Assembly (NCBI RefSeq): GCF_009914755.1
Contig: NC_060939.1
Origin: the human T2T-CHM13v2.0 reference genome, Homo sapiens
DNA length: 64,000 nt
Direction: 5' to 3' (one strand)
The notes beneath the pieces are model-generated. The model was not told the DNA's origin and ran no database searches. It saw only the letters and a program-made list of their open reading frames with translations. Shown one piece after another: positions 1 through 32,636 of this stretch; positions within the stretch are counted from its first letter, which is position 1, and each line of letters begins with the position of its first letter. A program made the translations under genes and the position numbers.

Positions 1-1190
1 TAAAATTCATCCATTTAAAGGGTACAATTTAGTGGGTTGCTTTTTTTCTGTATTTTCACAGAATTGTACAACCATCCCCAATATCTAAGTTTACAGCATT
101 TTTATCACCCCAGCGAGAAACCTGGTACCCATTAGCAGCTGCTCCGCATCTTCTCCCTCTTGTTTGTGCCCGGCTTCTTTCACTGAGCGTAGTTTTCAAG
201 GGTCATCCATGTTGTAGCATTGGTCAGTAAGTACTTCATTCATTTTTATAGCTGAATAATATTGCAGTGTATGAGTATTTTGCATTTTATTTATCCATTT
301 ATCAATTGATGGGAACTGTCTGTAACTAGGTATTTGGTAATTCCAAACATCTTATTTTCCAACAGGCAGAGTAAGATTTGTTACATGTAATAAACTCCAA
401 GGGTCTATTAACTTTTTCATTATAACAAATTGTGTAAATATTGCTTTCAGTTAGTTACCCACAGTCCTTTTGCAGTAGAGATAGTTGTCTTGGTTTTAAT
501 TGGATTCGTGATCTACAACTTTATGTTCTAATCTCATGTCATTTTTATTATTTTCAGTAAAAGTAATTTGTTTGACTAAATTAACTGGTAAACAGTTCTG
601 AGCTTTTTCAATTGTGTCTACAAATTTTAAGAAATTCAGATTATGTGCCAGATGTTTTTAGTAACAGCTTTGTTGTGGTATAATCCACATACCATACAAT
701 TCCCATATTTAAAAAGTACAATTCAAAGTTTTTAGTATATTCAGAATTGTACAACCATTGCCAGAGTTTTAGAACATTTCATCACCCTCCAAAAACACCC
801 ATGCCCATTGCAGTTCAATCTCCTTTTCCCCTCACATCCCCATCCTGCCAGCCTTAGGCAACCACTAATCTGCTTTCTATGTATAGATTTGCCTACTCTG
901 GGTATCTCGTGTAAATAGAATCATCCAATATGTGATCTTTTTTGTGACTGTCTACTTAGCATAATGTTTTCACGGTTTATTGGTGAATAATATTCCATTG
1001 TAGACGTCTACGACATTTTATTCATCAGTTGATATTGGGTTGTTTCCATTTTTATTTTTTACTATTATGAATAATGCTGGTATAATCATACATGTATAAA
1101 TTTTTGTGTGGACATATGTTTTCATTTCTCTTAGGTATATGCCCAGGAGTGAAATTATTGGGTCATATAGAAACTCTATGTTTAACCCTT

Positions 1191-1223
<33 letters not shown>

Positions 1224-1630
1224 AGACGGAGTCTCACTCTGTAGCCCAGGCTGGAGTGCAGTGGTGCGATCTTGGCTCACTGCAACCTCCACCTCCCAGG
1301 TTCAAGTGATTCTTCTGCCTCAGCTTCCTGAGTAGCTGAGACTACAGGTGTGCGCCACCACGCCCAGCTAATTTTCGTATTTTTAGTAGAGATGGGGGTT
1401 TCCCCATATTGGCCAGGCTGGTCTTGAACTCCTGACCTCATGATCCGCCCAACTCAGCCTCCCAAAGTGCTGGAATTACAGGCATGAGCCACCGTGCCCA
1501 GCCTATGTTTAACGTTTTAAAGAACTGTCGCACTGTTTTCCAAAGTGGCTGTGCCATTTTACATTTTCACTAGCGATGTATGAGGGTTCTAATTTTTTCA
1601 TATCCTCACCAACACTTGTTTTTGTCTCTT
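1..1630 (-). mobile_element. Old L1 (L1MB-like) 3'-end fragments interrupted by an Alu
   Basis: Typical antisense L1M phrases (ttgtacaaccatc, tctatgtatagatttgcctactctg, ccaaagtggctgtgccattttacatt). Confidence 0.75.
1189..1503 (-). mobile_element. Alu (S-type), full length
   Basis: Poly-T plus antisense Alu; TSD tatgtttaac on both sides. Confidence 0.95.
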
Positions 1631-2350
1631 TTTGACCCAAAGATTTTTTTAAATTAATAAAACACTTTTCTGAAAATAAATATATTTTTTTAATGTGGGA
1701 AAAAGCAATAAGGCCATTGTTATGCCCAGTCACCATAGCATTCCTATCGGTGGAGAGACTCATGCACCGTTTCCAACTTAAGCCCAAATCAACTCAAATG
1801 CATTTTAAGATTTTCTTCATCATTTGTATTCCTAGACAATTCTTTAATCTACTACCTTTTTTGCCACAATCTGCTACACATTCTGCCTTTTCAAGCACTA
1901 AAAGGACTCTAGGAGTTTTTTGCAAAGAAATGCTGTCATAAGAGTGGTGGTATCAAAGTATTGTTTAACGGTAGTCTCAAAGACTTTCAGGGTAATGCAT
2001 TCTGTGATTATAGAGATGAAAGAAACAACATCATAAAGTGAAGGTCATCTTCATTCCCACCACCTTATTCTCAGTATATCTGAAATCAGAACATCCTAAT
2101 AAGGACCAAAATACTTTGTTCCTAGTTATTCTTCACCCTTAACAGAAATAAGTAAAACACCGAAAGATATGAGGCCCTCCTACCAAGGATTTCTAGTGCT
2201 TTAATTAAAGAAAATTTCACCTACACTCATACTATTTTTCAGTTTGCTTTGTTTGGTGTCCTGGAGGTTTTTACATCCTGGAACAGTGCACAGTGGTAAA
2301 ATTCAGAATGGATGAAAAGTAGGATTGGTTTGTTTGTTTTCAGGAAGTGA

Positions 2351-2836
<486 letters not shown>

Positions 2837-2886
2837 AGAATTTCTTGTCTGTGGGAGCATTCTCAGATCAGTCTTATGAAAAAGGA

Positions 2887-3320
2887 CAGCCAGCCCTTCC
2901 TATCTGCAGTTTCTGCATCTGCAGATTCACCCAACTGTATATCAAAAACATTTGAAAGAAAAATAGTTTCTGAAAGTTTCAAAAAGCAAGATTTGAATTT
3001 GCTGAGCACCAAGCGCTATGCTGTGTCCACATGAATGAAGTGATGTGTAGGCATACTCTGCTGTATCCTCCCGCCAGGACAGAAGAAAAATGTCACATAG
3101 TTACTGACAGTACAGTGTAGCAACTATTTACATGGCATTTATTTAATACATTGTATTGAGTATTATAAGTAATCTAGAGATGGTTTAAAGTGTGCAGGAG
3201 GATGTGCATAGGTTATATACATATACTACACCATTTTATATCAGGGACTTGAGCATCCTTGGATTTAGGTATCCGAGGAGGCCCTAGAACCAATCCCCCA
3301 TGGGAAACCAAGGGATGTGA
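2887..3320 (-). mobile_element. MER2-like TcMar-Tigger DNA transposon
   Basis: ataagtaatctagagatggtttaaagtg...ttttatatcagggacttgagcatcc matches recalled MER2 consensus. Confidence 0.75.
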
Positions 3321-3562
3321 AAATTGAGGGTCTGAATTTGTTTAAGATTCACAGAACAGACTGAAAAGACAAGAGAGGAGATAATGGAGAGAACAAGCTC
3401 ACTGAGGAAGTGGGCGGGAGGAAATGGGGCAAGAATAGTAGACCAGAGGAAGAGGAGGAGCACATCTGTCTCAGAGTCAGCCACATTTTATTTGGGGCCA
3501 AGAACAAAAATAAAGTGACTGTAATCAGTAGGGCTTTAACTCCTTCTGCTGTCCTGCAGTTA

Positions 3563-4106
<544 letters not shown>

Positions 4107-4404
4107 GTACCTGGTCAAAATTTGGGAACATTGATGGCCTAAAAATACGTATATTTCCTGTGTGATTTCCTTAATATTTTAAATAATGTTCTAACCATCT
4201 CTGCTTTTAGTCAGCCTCATCTTGGAGTCAAGAGACTGGGCTCCTGACTTACTTTGTCTTTCTATATGTTTTCTCTTCCACAATCCTAATTTTTTGTCAT
4301 CTAGTCCCATAAACATTCCCTCTTTATCACCATTCTTTTCTTTAACCCTTAGCCTTACTTCCATTTCAGTGTTCTATTGTGTAAGCTGCTAGCGACAATA
4401 TTCA

Positions 4405-5304
<900 letters not shown>

Positions 5305-5879
5305 TAAGATATATAAAATTGCATATTAAACATTCCTTTTTGCATTATGACAGCACTAACTTGCTCTTTATAGAGCAGACTATTGCAACTCTCTCAATTC
5401 TGGAAATTATAAAATCTCATTTGGTTTAATAACAATAAATTCTAACAAAAATATATTAAATACTCCCTCCTACACACGTATATTATAACTTTTGGTTTCA
5501 ATGTCTTTCCTCAGGCTTCTATCAGTGTTTGAATTATACAGCTTTTTGTTTTAGTGCCTTGTCCCAAGCCTGTCTGCCTTTGCATTATGTTAACTAAAAT
5601 GAGATTCTGAAATTCATAGTAGTTTTCCATGTAACCCCCTTTCCACTTTTCCATGGAGAATATTTTTGGTATTTCTATTTTATTTTTTAGAAATTAGTAT
5701 ACATATTTGTGTGGACAAATCAGTCAGTAGAGATCTACCAAGAAAAAGTCAGTGATTTCCCCGCTCAGACTCACCTCCCCCAGGCAGCTAATGTCAATAG
5801 CTTCATGTGTATATCTAGACCTTTGGCTCAGTCACAGAGAGATGACTTTTCCTTTAATATCTTTTAATTTCCATTTCTA

Positions 5880-6993
<1,114 letters not shown>

Positions 6994-7201
6994 TAGAGCC
7001 CAGAGTTCATCCAGGTCCACCTCACGAGTCATTAGCAGCGACAGGATTAAAAGCCACATCTCATTTCCAGCACACATGAATTCCTTGCTTGAATTATTCA
7101 CGTGTGTGGTCTTCCAGCAGTATAAGAACACTACGGGAGATCTATTTATGGTTCATATATTTCTGAAAATGTAGTGTAAATTGTGTTTTTGTTTATGTTA
7201 A

Positions 7202-7423
<222 letters not shown>

Positions 7424-7559
7424 TAATAGAAATAATCTTTTATAGCATATAACCAAACATGCACATGTAGAATGCAAACTGTTTTTACCTTGAAGGTAGT
7501 AAACATCAAAATAAGACTGAAATTTAAAAAACAGATTTTCTTTGAGACTTCTAAAGTTG

Positions 7560-9664
<2,105 letters not shown>

Positions 9665-9978
9665 TACTTTAGGCATCTCTTATTGTGGTAAATGCCAGCC
9701 TTGGATAGATCCCTCTAAATGAAAGGATGAATTTCAGCAAAACAACTAATAATTACTTGGAGCCAATGAAAAGTTTCAGCTCAGGAAAAAGTATTTACTT
9801 TGAAGATTCAGAGGAAAAATATCTCTCAAAATTGTTTTCTCTGGGAAAACAGAAAATTTTAGAGGATATCAGTTTAGTATCCCGAGAAAGATATAAGAAG
9901 ACTTAATATACGTGAACTAGTAACAACTTCCATAAGATCACAGGGTGAGATGAAGGGAGAAATAAAAATCCAGTTTAT

Positions 9979-11296
<1,318 letters not shown>

Positions 11297-12888
11297 TGAT
11301 TTTTTTCAAGTGCTTTAAATGGTTATGTATAGTATAAATAATCTACAATGGAGATATATATATATATATATATAACTTTGATAAAAAATATGGTTAAACA
11401 ATAGGGGTTTATAAAAACCTAATTATTTCTGCTCTCAGACTAATTAATCCTTACAGTCAGCATGTAATATTAGCCTACACCAGCTCGACAGACTTGATCT
11501 CGTTAGATTCATGAGATAGAATAAAACTTGGCCATTATTCTTCACAAAGAATGATTGTGGCTTGAAGTTTTAAAAGCGCAGAAATAAAGAAGGAAATCAC
11601 AATTAAACAAAGCCACTTTTCCCAATTTCAAGAAATAAGAGCTTTCAGAAAGAGTTGGCAGCCTTGCATCCTCATCTGGAGGCTGCAGGCGGTGCCTCAC
11701 AGCCCTGTGCCCGCCCTGATACTGGGAGATGCACCTGGACTTCATGGAACCCTGTGGGTCATGCTTCCGGACCTGTCGGCTGACACATCTTGCTGTGCAG
11801 CTTCTCCACCTGCTCTCCATCACTAGAAGCTACAATAGTCTTTCTGTTTCCAAGGAGATTTGCCTTTGATCAGAGTGCCATAAATGTAGATGGATGACTA
11901 ACCGAGAGCGCAGGCCACTCACCGCCATTCCTGGTGTTGATAAATGTACCCCTTTACTGTCCACATACTCCAGAGCTTGCAGTTCCTTCCGCTGGTACTC
12001 ACAGTTACTGAAATCATGTCATTAGTCTCAGTCTGCCTGCCAGATATTTCAGATGCCTTTGAAATACTGTTCTTGCAGTAGCAATTCATTTTTTTAAGTG
12101 CTAAAAAAAAACTTGCAGTTTTATTTGTGAAGTGTAATTTTGCCTGGAGATATAACATTTTGGTCTGGGTTAAATAGCTCCTAAATTCTCAACTGAAATG
12201 GATATCCTTGAAAACTGATTTATCAAGCTCCTGAGAGTGAACTATCACCTTGCTTCCACTAAGTAATTTGTAAGGTCTAAGATCCGCAGTCCCTGGTGTT
12301 TTTTTTTTTTTTTTTTTTTTTTTTTGGTATAAGTAGCTCTCAGACTTTTACCCACATGAGTTTCCATTAAAATTGTACAAGCTTTGACTTTAAATCAGCT
12401 GATGAATAGAAGGAGTTGATGTGTGATCAGCTGGTGCTATTGGGAAAACTGATGATAAGCAGTGGAGCAGGTAAGAACGTATTGTTCCTGAACCATTGGA
12501 GGAACTAGCAGCAGTGACCTCTGAGGAGCCCTGGGAACACCCTGGAGCTCCTGAGCAACACGTTGCTTGTGATCACTGACCTGGATATCATGACTGTGTG
12601 AGCAACACCCCCCACACCTCAGTAGCAAAAACAGAGAACAGTGGCAGCACATCGTGGGCTGACTGCAGTTGATTCTGGCTCTCTTACATGAGAATGCCAA
12701 GTCATACAAGAAAGTGCCTGCCATGCTGAGCTTCTCTTTACCTTCTTGGGTTTTAATGGCATTGCAAGTTATCAGTATAAAAACTCAGTTATACTAAATA
12801 GTTGGACCAAGTTAAGATATTAGGTTGTTATGTAGTGTGCATTTTAAAGTAAAACAAATGATAGAGCTTTTAGAAGCATCTATTATGA

Positions 12889-13236
<348 letters not shown>

Positions 13237-13828
13237 TAAATAATCATAGAAAAATAGAGGAGTTTATACAGATTGGCAATTTTATTTTAGTTCATTTTTA
13301 TTATAAAAGTGGTAAGTGCTTATTATGTAAAACTCAAATGATACAGATGTGTACAAGGCAGAAAATTTACAAACCATGCCTTGTAGTTTTGCCCCCAAAA
13401 TAACTCTAGTTATTGGTTTCCTTTGTATCCTTTCAGACCCTATTTCTGCATGCATTCTTGCATGTAACACATATTTCAAACATGCAGGAAGATAAAAAGG
13501 AGAAAATAATGAGCTGTCATATACTACCATCTGGATTAAGAAATAAAACACAATCAATCGAGCTGAACCCCTCCCCACCACCCCATAGCCTCTCTTGTCT
13601 CATCCGTCCTCTCCCATTAGAGGCAGGCAAATATCTTGTATTTGGTATGTACCTTTTCCAAATGCACATATTTTAAAATGTAAATGGGATTATATTATAC
13701 ATACTTTATATATATAATGACCCGATTTTTTTCAGTCAACAGTAGGATGTAATTATCATTCCAATGAATACATACAGCCTGACTACCTAGAATTCCGTAG
13801 TATGGTTATTCCATGGTTATTAAACTAA

Positions 13829-15800
<1,972 letters not shown>

Positions 15801-16446
15801 TCAAATCAGTCACTGCCACCCTCATTTCCTGTTTCACATTGATTTTCTTGAGATACTTCTTTTTATCATAGCAACTGCCAAAAACCCAGCTTTGCAAAGA
15901 TGAGATATTGCTAATAGCAATGTAGCACAATCTAATGTTAATACCATTAACTACCTCAAGCTAATAATTTGGGTGATGTTCAACAGATGTTAGGCATTGC
16001 TGTGTTTCCCTTCATGTAAAATATTCTGTCTCTGTGAGTTCACCACAGCACCCCTGGGCTTGTTGGCACACAATTTTGGAACCACTGGTGTAACTACTTT
16101 GACCTCAGATACTCAGAGAAGTGCATGGCCACTGCCGTAATCTCAGGCTCTGCTTCCTCAGGATGTTCAGTTCGGTGGATGCTCGACTGATAAATACAGC
16201 AAATATAAGTCAAACCATCATCATTGGGGATAATGAAGATTTGAAAAAAAAAAACCTAACATTTATTCCTATAGTACTAAAATCTTGAGGATGAACATTA
16301 ATACTCAGTTAATTATAATATAGAATGCCATGTTGACAATGCTGTTAACAGTAATTTTCTTATTTAATATTTAAAGTTATATGAATCTATTCTAAATATT
16401 TCTATGATATGCTCTATTTTTCCCCTATAAGTATGTCTTACTATAG

Positions 16447-16713
<267 letters not shown>

Positions 16714-17485
16714 TAGATACAAATTAGATTGCAAAAGGTGGTCTCCGACAGATTAACAGGGGAAAGACAGCTTCCTTCCAGTAGTAATTTGGAATGGAAA
16801 CATTTAAAAAGTAATTTCATGCGGTATCTTTTCTTTATAATTAGAACCCTGTTAAAAAATATAATGGACATCAGCATATCCAGAATATTGAGTTTATATA
16901 TGTGCACTGATGATTACAGAATATTTTAGAAATATTAATATGCAAACATCCAAAAAGATCCAACATGGGCAGGTAGAATATTTTAAATTTAATATATTAA
17001 TGTTATTAATATAATACATTATATTAAAAATTTAATTGATTAAATTAAATATATTAAAATTGACGTATTAATATTTAATATTTTAAACATTTAATTAATA
17101 TACTAAAATATCTCATTCTCAAAAGAGTAATAACTAGTGTACCGTATGTTTGAATTCAAATCAATTACATTACTCTTTTTTTTTAACTATAAAGAATAAC
17201 AGTAACTGCTTGTGGATAAATTCACTATTATCTGTCCTAAAATACCCTTGGAAGGTTGTTAAATTCAGTCATTAGGTACTTATTTTACCTATCTTGGTAA
17301 TTCTACATTTTAATGTCTACTGTAACCTACTGCTTACTGAGCATTTTCACGTTTGGTGTATTATTTACCTATCTGGGAGTATTAGACTTATATGTGCAAG
17401 ATGCTGGAGAGCCACAAGTGACCATGGTATGGACCAATTCATAGACTGGAGTGGAGACCGACATACATGTGTTCATAGAAGTTTA

Positions 17486-17810
<325 letters not shown>

Positions 17811-17924
17811 TTAAAAAATACGGAGCACAGGGCAGAACAGAGGGTAGTCTCTCTCAGTGTGGAACTGGCAAATTCATGCCATCTCCTCCCACCCCACCCC
17901 ATCCCTTAAACATTGCTATCAGTT

Positions 17925-18660
17925 CCCTCATTCAACAGATATTTGTTGGGCTGTGTAACAGGCACTGTTGTAGGAATTTGGGATACATCACTAAACAAAA
18001 TTAAAATCCCTGCCCTTGTGGAGCTTACACTCTAGCAGAGGGAGGCCAGTTACAAACAATATACACAATAAATATACGTGAAAAGATAAGAGCTGTGGTG
18101 AATGGCACAGCAGAGTAAAAAGACAGGAGGAATGGGTAGAGTGCAGGATGCAGTATTAGACGGGGTGGTCCTTGGAAGTCTAACTGAGAAGATGGGAGCT
18201 GAGGAAAATCTTGAAGAAGGGAATTAGCTGGCAGCTCCCTGGATGTGAGCTTTCCTGCAAGAAGCTTTGGCTAGAGCAAAGGCCCTAAGGTGGGGGTGTG
18301 CCTGGTGTGTTCGAGAGATGGCAAGGGAGCCCATGTGGCTGAGCAGGATTAAGAGCCAGTGAGGGGAAGAGGTGATGGAGAGCCAGAGCAGTCAGTTGAG
18401 GGCTAGAGTCCCAGAGTAACTGGAGGCCTGAGTAACTGGAAGGATGGAGTTATCCTTGGCTAAGATGCAGAAGGCTGGTTGGCAGAGAAGATCAGGAGTT
18501 TGGTTTGGGTTACCTAAATTGGGAATCTAATATTGAATTACATATTAAGATTCAAAAATTCTGAAAACAGACTGGTGGCACATGGGTGATATTTAAAGCA
18601 TGGCCATCAGCTGACAGTCGGGATAAGAGAAGGGACGGAAGAGAAAGGAGAAAGTATGAA
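17925..18660. mobile_element. L2 (LINE2) remnant
   Basis: cattcaacagatatttgttg...aggcactgttgtagg...aaatccctgcccttgtggagcttacactctag. Confidence 0.7.
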
Positions 18661-18674
18661 ATAGTTGTCTAGGA

Positions 18675-18898
18675 CAGGGGTCAGTAAACTTGCTTTTAAA
18701 GGGCCACAGCATAAATATTGTACACTTCGCAGCCATAGTCTCTGTCACAACGACTCACAGCTTTGCCATTGTAGTCTAAATGCAGACATAAATAATAAAT
18801 ACACCAATTTTCTAGTCATCTTCCATGGCTGTGTTCCAATAAAACTTTATGCACAAAAACAGGCATCCAGCTCCTGGGCCATAGTTTGCTGACTTCTG
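18675..18898 (+). mobile_element. MER58A-like hAT-Charlie element
   Basis: caggggtcagtaaact...ggctgtgttccaataaaactttat...gggccatagtttgctgac. Confidence 0.8.
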
Positions 18899-19427
18899 TT
18901 GTGAGAGAATGGAGGAATGATAGGCTAGGGAAGTATAAAGATAATGATTGCCTACAGCATTAACAGTCCATTCGAGCTTTGTGGCCACGTAGTGACAGTG
19001 AAAATGCCAAGTTCAGCCACATAGGTACAGGGACCTATGGAGATGGAGAATTGGATCCATTATGTTTTGCCAGGTAATATGTTGAAGTGATCTAAGGGCA
19101 AGAGAGCTGAGGGTCTATGAGAGGTAGTGATTATAATGATCGACTGGAATTTCAGCTGAGTTAGGAGGACATCTGAGGTTGAGGATCAGCAGATGGGCAT
19201 TCCCAGGGGATTGTTGGAGTCAGAATACCACATGGTATGAGTTGGAAAGATAGGATGTGGTGGTCTGAGAATGGAGGAGTTGCCATTATTAGTAAGCTTA
19301 AGGTAGGAAGTGTGAGTGGCTGATGTATGTGGAGGACAGGATCATTGGAGCAGAGGAGATCAAGAACCAAAAGACCAAAGTAAGAGGATCAGCTCTATAT
19401 ACCTAATCACCAAGAATTAAGGTAGAT

Positions 19428-19726
<299 letters not shown>

Positions 19727-20470
19727 TTAAGGTAGGAATGGAGTGACAGGGCACTTTTTCTTGATGACTCTAGATAGGGCCTCAGAATCACTTGCAGTTG
19801 TTAGTGTAAGACCAGAAACCTGTTCATCTCCAGGTTATTGGTGTGTGCAAATGACAAGGATTAGAAGGTAGGGAGGGCTGCATACACAGAAGCACCAAGC
19901 ATGATGCAGCTTTTTACACCTGTGAGTGGTCAGTATTGATGGTAGAGAGAACTAGGGGAGAGAAAGGCAAAAAGTCATCTAGTAACGGGGACTCTAAAAA
20001 GTGGGCAAAGTTTGGGGATAGCTGAAGGAAATGAGAAAGGAAACTGGCAGGAGATGATGAAAAGAGCGTTGACTATGGCACCAAAGACCCCAGAGGGGTT
20101 AGAATCCGTGGATTTACGTGGCACCGCACAGGTTCCCACCCAGTATGTAACAGAGCACTATTCTAGGAGGCATGGAGGATTTAAATTGTGTGTTTGTGTG
20201 TGTGTCTGTGTGTTATATATGTGTTTCTACCCACAGAGTGCTATCAGGTAGTTGAAAGACAAGACGTATCTCTGTGAAACAGTAACAACATCGAGTGGTA
20301 GTTGTTCTAGAACTTAGATAAGAATGAACATTTGAAATTTCCGTAGGTTTTGGTCTCGGTATTGGTCTGGAAATGGGTTATGATGAATCTACTATAGTTA
20401 ATATTAAACCCTAGTAATCTAGGCATTGTTACCTTAATTATAGCAGAAAGTATTCTCTTTTTATTCATAG

Positions 20471-20641
<171 letters not shown>

Positions 20642-20959
20642 TGAGTTACGTCAATTGAAATTGAACATCTAAAGAATTTATTACAAGTACATAGAAAAAC
20701 TTTTTGTCTATTTTCTTATAAAACTTGAGTTTCTGAATAAAACTTTTAAGTAACAAAAGAAAGTCAATTATTATACTGTTTTATATAATGTATATGTCAC
20801 TAAGTTGAGATGGTTTCACATACAAAGAAGAAAATAATAAAGCTTATGCGAGTTCATCTGAGTGGGTGGAATGTAACTATTAAAATGTCAGTAAGGAAAT
20901 AAAATGAGGATTAGACCCATAACAGCATAGAGAATAGGAGAGAGACTATTATCAGATTA

Positions 20960-25440
<4,481 letters not shown>

Positions 25441-26034
25441 ATTGTATTTCAGCCAGCTTTCGTAGTTGTCCTCAGCAGTAAGGTTGGTCCATACCATTCA
25501 GCCTATCATTAGCAGAACGGTAGTTCTGTTTCTATAATGTGGCCTTTCAGGGATACAAATTACTTAAAGAAAATTTTGAATAATTCAGGATATATGGCCA
25601 GAAGCCATTTGAAATTGACAATAATATAATTATTTGGAACTCTTTAAAACAGAGCTAAAGCTTTACATAATAACCATTAATTCTGATTTTTATAAATGTC
25701 ACAAGGTCTCTTAAGTAGATTGTTACAATAAAGTTGTGTTTATAATGAAGACATTAGCAGTCACAGCAGCTTATGAATGAAACAAAGGATCCAGCCAACT
25801 GTGGCTCTCGGCTAGTAAGAGAAAGAGGGAAGTGTGTGTACATATTCCTGTCTTCATCTCTCCCCTTGAGCATCTTATAGGGTGTTGTGCTTTTCTTTTA
25901 GAATTTGAATAGGCTTCATTAGTGAGGGTGACAAAAAGAATAGACTTAAATACTTGGATTATAAACTAGTAGCAGTTTTGATAACCAGGGCCAGGGATCA
26001 TATTTAGAAAACTGATTGTCAAAAATTGTTTGTA

Positions 26035-26550
<516 letters not shown>

Positions 26551-26825
26551 ATGTAGATAAGTAATGCACAGTTATCCTAATACATAGCACAGTGATAGGA
26601 AGCTATTATGGTTTATGTAAACTCTTTCTTTGATTTATTTGCTCCAATATAATTTTGCTGCTGTTTTTTGTCCATGTGTATTGTAAAAAGATAAGGAAAA
26701 GTACATACAACCATAGAAATTTTAGCGTTCTACTCAAATACTCTCATTTAACAGAAATGAGTGTCTGTGCCAGGGGTTTGTGATCTATTCCATCTGTCCA
26801 AACCTGTCCATAAATGACTTTTTAG

Positions 26826-27095
<270 letters not shown>

Positions 27096-27475
27096 TAGTA
27101 TTTTTCATGTTTATTTTATTATCTCACAATGAGTGAACCAAAATATATTATTGTGAAGTATAGTGTCTTTGTCCAAGCTTATAGATACTGAATTTATATA
27201 TACTGTTCTATACGAACATATTCTGTTTTTCTTAAATTGGAAAGAGATCTTAAAATTCAACCCAAGTAATATGACAACTGTCAAAAGTAATTTAATGGGT
27301 TATCAGGTCACTAAATCTTTATATATTCATTAAAGAAGCATTTATCAAGAGGCTATTCTATGCTTGACACTGGAGATACAAAGATGGAGAATGCACAGCC
27401 CCTGTTCCCAGTGGGCTCACTATCTGCATGACAGAATAGAATTACCCCCCAAAAATGCAATTAAGCATTAAATAA

Positions 27476-27808
<333 letters not shown>

Positions 27809-27829
27809 TGATAAATATATCTCAGTGGT

Positions 27830-28507
<678 letters not shown>

Positions 28508-28665
28508 GAAACTTATTCTTTTTTTTTTTAAGGACATCTGAAGACCATTGAATATTAAACTCATTCTTAAGATAAAATATGTTCTTTAACATATATATAT
28601 AGTACTTTGTTATATATGGTATAATGGTACCCTATGTATGTTATATATGGTATAATTTTAATTAT

Positions 28666-30383
<1,718 letters not shown>

Positions 30384-32480
30384 TTACCGTAGGTACTTAT
30401 AAAAGTTCACATTCAAAGCCTGACTCTTCTGAGTCACTTTTTGACTGAGTCGTCCATGTCTTTGTTTTTCCCTATGTCATCACTAACATTCTCATTAGCC
30501 ATAAGGCATTTCCAGAGTGTTCCACTATTTTCCCCAGGATTTAATCGAAATCTCTGTTATCAGTTCTGTTTTGAAGGTGGTGGTTTCTTGATGATACCAG
30601 AAGGTGTCAACAGAAGGTTGTACATCTCTCAGTAACAAAAATGTAGTGCGGCCTCATCTACTTTGGGCATCTTCTTTCTTAGGTCACGTAAAGCACTTGG
30701 TTGTACTTGCGAGAAACTATGGAATTGGGGGCCTGTGTCCTCAGAGACAAATAGTGCCTGGGTTTTTTTTGTTTTGCTTTGTTTTGTTTTTTTGGAGATA
30801 AGATCTTATTCTGTCGCCCAGGCTGGGTGCAGTGGTTGAACACAGCTCACTGCAGCCTAGACCTCCTGGGCTCAAGTGATCCTCCTACCCCAGCTTCCTG
30901 AGTAGCTGGAACTACAGGCATGTACCACCATGCTTGGCTAGCTTTTTTATTTTTTTGCAGAGACAGGGCCTCACTGTTACCCAGACTGGTCTCATACTCT
31001 TAGGCTGAAGCAATCCGCCCTGTCTCAGCCTCCCAAAGTATTGGGATTACAGGCATGAGCTACCACGCTCAGCCAGATAGTGCTTTTCTTAATACCAAAT
31101 GTATTCCCTGCTACTCTGTTTCAGAACTTTTCTGCATTCACAATCACTTTTTTAATGCTAATCACAGTATAGTCTTTTTGAAGACATGTCATGGCAGTTA
31201 GACTCAATACATGAGGTACAAACAGTGCAGTGACTTTGTTGACATGCTGACAGTACTAATAGCTATGACTAAGTTCTCACAAGCATGAGCAGTAACAACC
31301 GCAAGGCAGCTGCCATTTAGCCATCAGCAGTTCTAAGACATATCTTGACCTCAGGAATGCTAAATTGTGAAAAGGTGTGTGTCTTAGAATTGATGAAATT
31401 TGGTATTTTATGATATGTTATTTCTAGGCGATTAGTGTAGTTTCTTAACTGTCCTCCTTACCTCCAGCTGTGAATGTGATGTACATTTTAATCTTTCAAA
31501 ACCTAGTAAAACTACAACAGCTTCCCAGATAAAGTATACATTTTATCAAGGGTCTACATTTCTTCCTGCCTCTCCTACTTTATCTTTCATTAAACCCCCT
31601 TCATAAACCTTCTGTTCTGTCCACAGTCTCTTGCTTTTCCTCTAAACATGGGAATGATGTGAAAATCACAGATGGGAAAGGATTTGAAATCCACTCTTTG
31701 CTCAGCTCAAATACATAGGAATGGTTACTCCCTCACTACCCAGAGCCAGTGCATCAGTCAGTCCTACAGAGCCAGCCTCCAAAACTCACCCAAGCTTGCT
31801 TCACTGTGTCTCCACTACTGCATTCCAGTTCACTCCATCCTCACTCGCTCCTGCAATGGCTTCCACCAGGCTCCCGGATTCTACTCTTTCCTTTACAGTC
31901 AAGTTCTTAAACAGCAGCCAGGGTGGCCTTTAAATGACAGGCTTGTCTAGCTGCAAGACTGATATGCGACCTCTATGCAGAGGACTCAGCTGGCTGCTTG
32001 TTGCCTCAACCCACATGGGGAAAGAGTGGAGGAAGAAAAGTTTGTGCTGGAGGAAGTAACAATTTGGTTATGCCGTCTAGGGTGGGGTGTACAAGTCTGG
32101 AGTGCAGAGAAGAGGCTGGAGCTGGAAATAGAAATGCAGCGTTCTCAGTAAAGAGAGGGCACACCAGTCTCAGCTAGATGAGTACTGGCCATGGGAACAG
32201 TGGGCAAGAGCAGATCTGCTCCACTCCACGCACATGGCACAGGTCCCACCCTCAGCTTCCTCCTGCCCTGGCTCTTGCCCTTGCTCTGCCCTGGCCTATG
32301 CCGCTGGAATTGGATGGTGGGTTCCTGCCCTCTGTGCCTGTCTGCTGCCTCTGAGGTGCTAACTTTGCCTTTTACAAAATTGGCCTGTGTTCCCAGTACC
32401 CTGCAGTTAGTTGGCACTTAGCAGACGTGTGCTGAATGCGTGAATGAGCCTGAATTCAGTGGGTTTTCTATGGGTGATAA

Positions 32481-32636
<156 letters not shown>

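Noticed and set aside
11440-12790. Possible processed pseudogene with the T27 run as an antisense poly-A tail
   Set aside because: No TTTATT signal beside the tract, no TSDs and no recognisable parent ORF; a BLAST search would settle it.
16975-17110. Extremely AT-rich patch in intron 16, plus (TA)n at ~11353 and (TG)n at ~20187
   Set aside because: Ordinary low-complexity or microsatellite sequence with no long perfect palindrome.
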